DNA of 32,000 nucleotides from Schaalia odontolytica (GTDB lineage Bacteria; Actinomycetota; Actinomycetes; Actinomycetales; Actinomycetaceae): NCBI RefSeq assembly GCF_005696695.1, contig NZ_CP040006.1, positions 1,620,001 to 1,652,000 of the forward strand, read 5' to 3'. Shown piece by piece: positions 25,787 to 32,000 of this stretch (position 1 is its first letter; each line of letters starts with the position of its first letter). The notes under the pieces were generated by a model. It saw only the letters and a program-made list of their open reading frames with translations, ran no database searches and was not told where the DNA came from. The position numbers and the translations under genes were made by a program.

Positions 25787-25992
25787 ATAAGCCGAGGGGC
25801 CGACCTTGCGGTCGACCCCTCGGCTTATCCCATCAACACAGTGCAAGTTTTCCCAGAAAGCTCCTCGAAAAAGTCTCGTCGGCATGTCCCGGACCCCCAT
25901 GGTCCGTGCCGTATTCCCTTGTGATGACATTCAGTGTAAGGATCGAACCTTGCGACAACAGCAAGACAACCTGAAAAAACCCTGGGAATTTT
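25787..25992 (-). ncRNA. Candidate structured RNA element, copy B (between the two protease genes; possible leader of 21705-25634)
   Basis: Same element as 21401-21606. Hairpins:
- 25791-25824, the terminal GC stem. One position is G-U on the minus strand but C-A on the plus strand.
- 25881-25910, GGCA[CGGACC-n5-GGTCCG]n5-TGCC. This is a compensatory G-C to A-T change relative to copy A.
- 25948-25966, where the outer pair is U-G on the minus strand and C-A on the plus strand.
- TTCCCAG (25850-25856) against CTGGGAA (25982-25988). Confidence 0.5.
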
Positions 25993-26015
25993 GCGCTTGG
26001 TGCCTTTGACAGAAG

Positions 26016-26056
26016 CCAGGCCCGCACACCCAATGCGAATCGGGGTGCGGGCCTGG
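26016..26056 (-). terminator. Terminator hairpin of the pseudo-protease gene
   Basis: CCAGGCCCGCAC (26016-26027) pairs with GTGCGGGCCTGG (26045-26056), and two more GC pairs are possible. It lies 22 nt after the stop at 26078. Confidence 0.65.
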
Positions 26057-26077
26057 GCGGTCAGTCTGAGGGGCGAC

Positions 26078-29000
26078 CTAGCTGATCAGCTGTCCCGTCT
26101 CAGAGAAGGTGTACCACGTCCAGAAGATGCGCAGTCGGCCCGTAGCCATCGCGCCGCTTCCGGTCTTCAGGTAGTACCAGGCACCACCGTCCTTGAGCCA
26201 CCCCGTCATCATCTTGCCGGTGGTGGGGTTGAGATAGTACCAGGTGTCGCCGTCCTTGACCCAGCCGGTCGCCATGACGCCCGTGGCCGGGTCCAGGTAG
26301 TACCAGGAGATTCCGTCGAGGACCCAGCCGCTCGCCTGCGCGCCCGATGCGTTGTGGTAGTACCACGAGCCCTGCTCCTTCACCCATCCGGTGCGCATGT
26401 AGCCGCGCGCGTCGAAGCGGTACGTCGCTCCGTCGATAGCGAGGGTCGCATCGGCGGGGTACGTGCCGTCCTCGTAGCGGTACCACCAGCCGCGGCCATC
26501 CCACTTCCAGGTACCGGCCTTGGGGGCGGGCGCGGGGGCACTGACATGGATGGTGGCGCTGGCGGACACGCTCGGCTGCGTCGGGTCGGAGACGGTGATG
26601 GTCGCGTCGCCCGCTCCCACCGCGCGTACCTCGCCGGTCGCACTGACGGTCGCCACGGCCTCGTCCGAGGAAGACCAGACGACGCCGGTCACGTTCGCGT
26701 CCGCGGGCTCGTGGGTGGCGCTCAGCGCGAGGGTCTCCCCCACGCCGAGCGTGGCGGACTCGCGCGACAACGCGAGCGACGTCATGGGGATCGCTGTGAG
26801 GGCGACCGGCGCCGTTGCCCCGTTGACCGGCCAGTCCCACACGTGCAGGTAGATCGTCGACGGGTCACCGCCGATGCTCGTCAGGGCGTCCTTCAGCGGC
26901 ACGTCGAAGTGGATGTGGACCAGACCGTCCTCGCTGCGCCCGGTCGGGTAGACCTCGGCGCCGCGCTCGACAACCTTGCCGTCGTCGGTGGCCGAGAAGC
27001 CGATACCGGCGATGGCCGAGGAGTCGATGACGTCGAAGGACAGGACGCGATCCTTGCCCTCACCCGACACCGTCACGTTGGAGATGACGGGAGCCTGCGT
27101 ATCCAGGATGACGCTGTAGCTGATGGCCTGGGTCGCGGGCGACGGGCCGTAGGTCGAGGCATCGATCGTCAGCGTGTAGCGCCCGTCCGGCAACTCGGTG
27201 CCGTCCGGCGCATAGCCGTTGAACCAGGGGTCGCAGCCCGGCGCGGAGTCCTCGACCGTGCGCGGAGAGCGCGTGTGCACGTCGTAGATGGACCGATCCG
27301 CGCGCCCGCACGTGAAGGAGCGGATCGTCTCCCCGGCCTCGTTCCTAAAGGTGTAGGTCAGCGAGGGAACGGAGCGCAGCAGCACCGTGCCCGGGGTGAC
27401 GACGGTCCGGGCGTCCTCGTGCGTGGAGCGCGAGATGACGAGGAGGTCGGGGTTGACCCCGTTGATCATCCTCTCGTCCTCGACGTCGAAGGGGCTCTGC
27501 TGGCCGAAGGGCAGGCGCCCATTCATGAACGTCGACCCGTATCCGCTGATGTGGTTGTCCGGGGTGACCAGGTCGAAGATCGCAGGCGCACCCCAGGAGC
27601 CGTAGAAGCCCACGTAGGGGACGGTGAGGTTCGGAGCCCCGTCGGCGCTCGTAAAGGTGACGGCGCCGTCGATGAACGTGCCCTTGGGCGTGTTCTCCGC
27701 AGCGTACGAGGCGAAAGCCTCGCGCGGGGTCACGGTAACGGCCACGGTGGCAGTTCCCTTGGCGGGTACGGTCACCGATTCGGAGGAGAAGGTCAGGTCG
27801 ATGCCCTGTCCCGCCCAGTTGGTCGAGTGGTGAGTGAACAGCATGCTCTCGACCTTTTCGGACAGCGCCTGTCCGCCCAGCGTGTAGGTGTGGGCGGTGT
27901 CGGAGACGTTCGTCAGGGTCACCTGGAAGGTCCACCCGGAGGTTCCGTCGCCCAGGTCGGCCTTGGGGCGCGAGAGGTCAGCTGCCCCGACGACGCTTGG
28001 GTACACGGACGAGGTCGTGGCGCCCCGGGCGTCCACCAGGCCTGCACCCACGCGGCGCGGCGAGTAGAAAGTGCCGTTATTCTGCTCCGCGTCCACGATC
28101 GGACGGGCGGTACCCATCAGGAGGTTCGTGACCACGGCGTTCTTCTCGGCGGCGGACAGGGCTGCAAAGTCCGGATCGGTTGCCACGCGCTGACGCACGA
28201 GGGTGGCGACCGCGCCGGCCTGAGCCGAGGCCTCGGCCGTGCCGGACAGTCGATCGTAGTAGTTCCCGGGGGTCGCGGACATGACCGCGCCGCCGGGGGC
28301 CGCGACCTCGGGCTTGAGCCGCAGGTCGGGGGTCACGCCCGTGGAGGAGAAGTCGGAGGCGTGGACCCCCTCGGGCACGGTGAGGATCGTGGAGGGAGAG
28401 ACGTTCACCTCGATCGATCCGCTCTCCGAGGCCTTGATCGCGTCGTAGAGGCGGTTGCGGTCCGAGGTCGTGATGGTCGCCATCGGCAGGTTGAACCAGC
28501 GATCGACCGACCACTTGATGGGGGTCTCGCTGTCGTACCAGTGTCCGAGCAGAACGCCGGCGGGCTTGCTGGTGAGGGACTTGAGGGCCTTGATCTTGTG
28601 CTTGACCTCCACCGAGTTACCGCGTGAGTCGTTGCCTCCCAGCTCCTCGAGGAGGATCGTGCGCGACAGGTCCCCGTAGTCCGATCCAAGGTGCTTGGCC
28701 AGGTCCTCGCTCGAGCCGTTTCCGGCGTATACAACGCGGTACGTGCCCTCGGCGAGGGTGTCGAATCCGGGGCCGTCACCCTTGCTCATGCGAGCCAGGG
28801 GGCGGTAGCCGATCAGGTGGTCACCGAAGGTGAGGGCACCCATGATCTCCTGTTCATTGACCGAGGCCACGGCGAGGGTCGAAGAGAAGGCAGCGGGGAA
28901 GCCGAGCGCGCCGTTGTCGGGGTCGTCGGCTCGACCATAGCTCTCGACGTCACCGGCGGGCGCGTAGACGGTCGTGCCCTGCGCGCCGAGCGCCTCGTAG

Positions 29001-29992
29001 ACGTGGGAGTAGAGGGCCTCGGCGTCGTCCGTGAATCCTTCGGTCTTGGAGAAGGAGACCGAGACGACGTCGGGCTTGAGGACCATCGCGTCGTCGAGCG
29101 CGGCCAGGAGGTTCACGTCGCTGGCATCATTGCCCGGATCCTTCGTCACCTTCGCGACGATGAGCTGAGCCTGGGGCGCTGCGCCCGCGAACTGTCCGCT
29201 GTTAGCCGCGGCGAGGGCTGCGACGTGCGTGCCCTGGCTGTTGGCGCTGCGGGCTCCGTCGCCTCCTTCCTCCGTGGCCAGCACGTCGGTGTCCCCGTCA
29301 CCGTAGTCGTAGGCGAAGGGGATCTTGGGACTCACCCAGACACCGCCCTTGCCGGCGCCCAGCTGCGAGGCGAGCGAGGCTACCGAGTCCTGCGTGAAGC
29401 GCAGCGACGCTGCATCCATGTCGCCGGCAAAAGCCTGGTGCGAGGTATCGATGCCGCTGTCGATGAGCTCGATGACCTGCCCCTGGCCCTTCTGGACAAG
29501 GCCGTCGGCCCGCATCATCTGGGCCGCTGCACCGGTGGCTGCATCCGACTCGTCGCCCCCGGCGACGGCTCGATAGCCGCCGGAAATCTCTTCATCCGTG
29601 GCGAACGTGTGACTGCCATCGAGGAAGGCACCCTTGACGCCATCCGTCGCCTTGATGGCGCCAAGCGTCGAGGCGGGCGCCTGGATCGCAAAACCGTCAA
29701 AGGCGTGGTGGTAGTCGCGCACGTCGGAGATGGTCGCGCCGGGGCTGGCCGCTGCTACGGCCTCGCCGATGCGTTTCTTCATCTGCGCGTAGTACACGGC
29801 GTGGTCGGCCCCGGCGTCGCCCGCCTCGAGCTGGACGATGATCGTCGCCGGGGAGTCGTTCGCGCCCTGCTGGGGCGACGAGGCCTGGGTGGCGTCGGCC
29901 GCGTCCGCAAAGGCGGCGGGCACGCCGATCGTGGTGAGCGCGAGGGCGCCGGCCGCTATGAGCGTCAGCGCTGCGCGTCGGTAGTGAAACAT
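26078..29992 (-). CDS. S8-like cell-envelope protease paralog with substituted catalytic Ser and oxyanion Asn (predicted pseudo-protease), Big_2 domain and cell-wall-binding repeat anchor
   Basis: The ORF-track frame is 26078..30163. The likely start is ATG 29992 (MFHYRRAALTLIAAGALALTTIGVPAAFA, signal peptide), giving 1304 aa. It is collinear with 21705-25634.
Catalytic positions:
- Asp box VIELIDSG (29459-29461) retained;
- His box QGTHVAALAAAN (29225-29227) retained;
- the Asn position reads YAPAGD (28949-28951);
- the Ser box reads LSGTAEASAQAG (Ala codon 28235-28237).
A Big_2-like Ig domain (~26540-26800) precedes 7 wall-binding repeats. Confidence 0.85.
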   Translation of the reverse strand: MFHYRRAALTLIAAGALALTTIGVPAAFADAADATQASSPQQGANDSPATIIVQLEAGDAGADHAVYYAQMKKRIGEAVAAASPGATISDVRDYHHAFDGFAIQAPASTLGAIKATDGVKGAFLDGSHTFATDEEISGGYRAVAGGDESDAATGAAAQMMRADGLVQKGQGQVIELIDSGIDTSHQAFAGDMDAASLRFTQDSVASLASQLGAGKGGVWVSPKIPFAYDYGDGDTDVLATEEGGDGARSANSQGTHVAALAAANSGQFAGAAPQAQLIVAKVTKDPGNDASDVNLLAALDDAMVLKPDVVSVSFSKTEGFTDDAEALYSHVYEALGAQGTTVYAPAGDVESYGRADDPDNGALGFPAAFSSTLAVASVNEQEIMGALTFGDHLIGYRPLARMSKGDGPGFDTLAEGTYRVVYAGNGSSEDLAKHLGSDYGDLSRTILLEELGGNDSRGNSVEVKHKIKALKSLTSKPAGVLLGHWYDSETPIKWSVDRWFNLPMATITTSDRNRLYDAIKASESGSIEVNVSPSTILTVPEGVHASDFSSTGVTPDLRLKPEVAAPGGAVMSATPGNYYDRLSGTAEASAQAGAVATLVRQRVATDPDFAALSAAEKNAVVTNLLMGTARPIVDAEQNNGTFYSPRRVGAGLVDARGATTSSVYPSVVGAADLSRPKADLGDGTSGWTFQVTLTNVSDTAHTYTLGGQALSEKVESMLFTHHSTNWAGQGIDLTFSSESVTVPAKGTATVAVTVTPREAFASYAAENTPKGTFIDGAVTFTSADGAPNLTVPYVGFYGSWGAPAIFDLVTPDNHISGYGSTFMNGRLPFGQQSPFDVEDERMINGVNPDLLVISRSTHEDARTVVTPGTVLLRSVPSLTYTFRNEAGETIRSFTCGRADRSIYDVHTRSPRTVEDSAPGCDPWFNGYAPDGTELPDGRYTLTIDASTYGPSPATQAISYSVILDTQAPVISNVTVSGEGKDRVLSFDVIDSSAIAGIGFSATDDGKVVERGAEVYPTGRSEDGLVHIHFDVPLKDALTSIGGDPSTIYLHVWDWPVNGATAPVALTAIPMTSLALSRESATLGVGETLALSATHEPADANVTGVVWSSSDEAVATVSATGEVRAVGAGDATITVSDPTQPSVSASATIHVSAPAPAPKAGTWKWDGRGWWYRYEDGTYPADATLAIDGATYRFDARGYMRTGWVKEQGSWYYHNASGAQASGWVLDGISWYYLDPATGVMATGWVKDGDTWYYLNPTTGKMMTGWLKDGGAWYYLKTGSGAMATGRLRIFWTWYTFSETGQLIS
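26081..26521 (-). repeat. Cell-wall-binding repeat module, copy 2
   Basis: It encodes 147 aa: KAGTWKWDGRGWWYRYEDGTYP...GWVLDGISWYYLDPATGVMATGWVKDGDTWYYLNPTTGKMMTGWLKDGGAWYYL... It has one repeat fewer than copy 1. Confidence 0.85.
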
Positions 29993-30186
29993 TGTCGGCT
30001 CGCTTTCTTCACACATAATGTGTTGAGCTGCATGAGGGTGGTGATCGCGCAGCACATCCCTGTGGGGCGCGATAGGGCGGGCGGAGCGTATGCGGTGCCC
30101 GCGTCGCCTTGCGAGCGCGCCCGCTCCCCCGGCACGAGTCCGGGCGGGGCGGGCGCGACGCATGGGTAGTCCTTCGGGTCAGCGGG

Positions 30187-32000
30187 TCAGCGGATCAACT
30201 TGCCGTTGTCGGCGAATCGGTAGTACTTCCACACGATCCACAGGCGTCCGGTCGCCATCTGGCCGCTGCCGGGCTTGAGGTAGTACCAGGAGCCCTCCTC
30301 GTAGTGCCATCCGGTCTTCATCTTCCCGTTGGTGGGGTTCAGGTAGTACCAGTGCGAACCGTCTTCGACCCATCCCGTGGCCATCTGGCCACTTCCGGGG
30401 GTCAGGTAGTACCAGGAGACGCCGTCAAGGACCCAGCCGGTGGCCTGCGCGCCGGACAGCGCGTGGTAGTACCAGGCGCCCCGCTCGAAGACCCAGCCCG
30501 TGCGCATGTAGCCGTCCGCGTCGAATCGGTAGACCTGGCCGTCGATGGTCTTGGCCGTGTTCGAGGGGTAGGTGCCGTCCGCGTAGCGGTACCACCAGCC
30601 GCGAGCGCCCCACGTCCACGTGCCCTGAGCGGGAGCGGAGTCGGAGCCGGCCTTGACGGTCACGGTCGCCGAGGTGACGACGTGGGGATCCTGGCGCACG
30701 TCGAGGCGCAGGGTGGCGTCGGCGCTGGTCGGGGTCCAGGTGTAGGAGGCGGTGGATGCGCTCTCATCCGAGCTGCCCTGCATCGATTCCCAGTCCTGGA
30801 GAACCGTCTCCGTGCCGTCGCCGCTGATCTGCACGACGCGCATCTGGCGTCCGCCCAGAGTGCCGCCCTGCGCGGAGACGTTCACGGTCGTCGGCGTACC
30901 CACCGAGGTGGTGAGCGTGTATCCGGGTCCGGCTTCGGTGATTCCGTCGCCTGACACTGCGACCTGCGGGCGGGTGTACTCGAAGAGGTTGGCCGTGTTG
31001 TAGCCGGCGTCCTTCATCGCGGTTTCGGTGAGGGTCCACGCCTTCGACCCCTTGGGGGCGGCGACGTAGATTTCGGTGCCGTCCTTGAGGTCCTGTGCCA
31101 TGTCGGCCGCGAGCTTGATCTCCTGCACGGTCGAGGGCAGGACCAGGACGCGGGGCGTGTCGAACCAGAAGGTGAAGCTGGTCATCCCCTCGCCGAAGTA
31201 GGCGCTGTCGGGGCGGCCGTTGGTGGCCTTGCCCTCGTAGTAGAACTCGCCGTTGTTGCCGCCGCGCACGATGAGGTGGCGCGGGGTGGCGGTGTCTCGC
31301 GGTGTCATCCACAGTTCCGTGACCTGCGAGCCCAGTTCAATCGTGTCCAGGCCGTTGTTGACGAGGCCGCGGGCGACCGTCACCGAGTCGGGGATGACGA
31401 GATCGGTGAGGTTCGCGTCGCCTTCAAAGGCACCGTAGCCGATAGTCGTCAGCCCCTCGGGCAGGACGACGCGACGCAGGAACGTATTGTGCGCGAAAGC
31501 GGTGTCGGCGATAGCGACCGTGCCGTCAGGAACCGTCACGTCAGTGTCCGTCTTCGTGGGAAGGTACAGGACCAGGGTGCGGCCCGCGTTGCCCTTGCTG
31601 TACAGGACGCCGTCTTCGACGGTGTACATCGAGTTGGCGGGGGCGACGCTGAGGGAGGCGAGGTTGTTCGCGGCCACGAATGCGGATTCACCGATGGAGG
31701 TCAGGCCCGAGCCCAGATGCACAGACCGGAGCGCAGCGTTCCCAGCGAACGCGCCCTTACCGATCGAGGTTACCGAGTCGGGCAACGACACAGAGACGAG
31801 AGCCGAACCGTCGAAGGCATAGTCGCCGACCTCGGCCAGGCGATTCAGGTCGGGACGGAAATTCACCTCGGCGAGCGCCTTGTCGTAGCGGAAGGCACTA
31901 TCCGGCAGCATCGTGGCACCACCCAGATCAACGCGCTCCAGCTTGGACATGTACCAGAAGGCCGTGTCATCCATGGACTCGAACCCGTCAGGCAGGGTCA
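30187..32000 (-). CDS. Surface protein with BspA-type leucine-rich repeats (LRR_5), an Ig-like spacer and a C-terminal cell-wall-binding repeat anchor; 5' end outside window
   Basis: The frame stays open upstream of the ORF-track Met (31974) to the window edge (…TLPDGFESMDDTAFW… continues the repeat pattern). It has repeating ~23-aa units of the LRR_5 type (IGDYAFDGSALVSVSLPDSVTSIGKGAFAGNAALRSVHLGSGLTSIGESAF...). The C-terminal 146 aa are homologous to the repeat modules of both protease genes. Confidence 0.8.
   Translation of the reverse strand, partial: TLPDGFESMDDTAFWYMSKLERVDLGGATMLPDSAFRYDKALAEVNFRPDLNRLAEVGDYAFDGSALVSVSLPDSVTSIGKGAFAGNAALRSVHLGSGLTSIGESAFVAANNLASLSVAPANSMYTVEDGVLYSKGNAGRTLVLYLPTKTDTDVTVPDGTVAIADTAFAHNTFLRRVVLPEGLTTIGYGAFEGDANLTDLVIPDSVTVARGLVNNGLDTIELGSQVTELWMTPRDTATPRHLIVRGGNNGEFYYEGKATNGRPDSAYFGEGMTSFTFWFDTPRVLVLPSTVQEIKLAADMAQDLKDGTEIYVAAPKGSKAWTLTETAMKDAGYNTANLFEYTRPQVAVSGDGITEAGPGYTLTTSVGTPTTVNVSAQGGTLGGRQMRVVQISGDGTETVLQDWESMQGSSDESASTASYTWTPTSADATLRLDVRQDPHVVTSATVTVKAGSDSAPAQGTWTWGARGWWYRYADGTYPSNTAKTIDGQVYRFDADGYMRTGWVFERGAWYYHALSGAQATGWVLDGVSWYYLTPGSGQMATGWVEDGSHWYYLNPTNGKMKTGWHYEEGSWYYLKPGSGQMATGRLWIVWKYYRFADNGKLIR
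30190..30627 (-). repeat. Cell-wall-binding repeat module, copy 3
   Basis: It encodes 146 aa: QGTWTWGARGWWYRYADGTYP...GWVLDGVSWYYLTPGSGQMATGWVEDGSHWYYLNPTNGKMKTGWHYEEGSWYYL... The order and number of repeats match copy 2. Confidence 0.85.

Noticed and set aside
26078-29992. Calling the Ser-to-Ala paralog a pseudogene
   Set aside because: The 1304-codon frame is intact, with a signal peptide, all domains and an anchor. It has its own terminator. Only active-site positions are changed. That is more consistent with a maintained pseudoenzyme than with a decaying gene, so it is annotated as a CDS.

Overview
High-GC actinobacterial chromosomal window. Gene content resembles Actinomycetaceae, but the taxon is only a guess.

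Layout, left to right:
1. A minus-strand, translationally coupled four-gene operon: ROK regulator, M81/MlrC-like peptidase, ROK sugar kinase and CutC (3' end cut by the window edge). It is divergent from a Dpp/Opp-type ABC importer with a lipoprotein SBP, two permeases and a fused double ATPase.
2. An 813-bp ORF-free spacer dense in repeats and hairpins.
3. hup (HU).
4. An L-arabinose module on the minus strand: LacI-family regulator, araD, araA, then a ChvE/GguAB-type monosaccharide ABC importer. The units share a GTTAACGTT(A/C)AC operator-like palindrome. No ribulokinase is present.
5. An NCS2 nucleobase permease fused to an OHCU-decarboxylase-like domain that appears to lack the catalytic residues.
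6. An accessory-looking minus-strand array of three large secreted surface proteins. All three end in the same ~145-165 aa choline-binding/CW_binding-type repeat module instead of a sortase signal:
- an intact S8 (lactocepin/C5a-peptidase-like) protease;
- a full-length paralog whose nucleophile Ser and oxyanion Asn are substituted;
- a BspA-type LRR protein whose 5' end lies outside the window.

A discrete 206-nt element occurs twice, once after each protease gene and its terminator. Its hairpin substitutions preserve pairing and indicate a minus-strand RNA.

No rRNA, tRNA, CRISPR, transposase or recognisable defence genes were seen. The many long ORFs antisense to these genes are high-GC artefacts.
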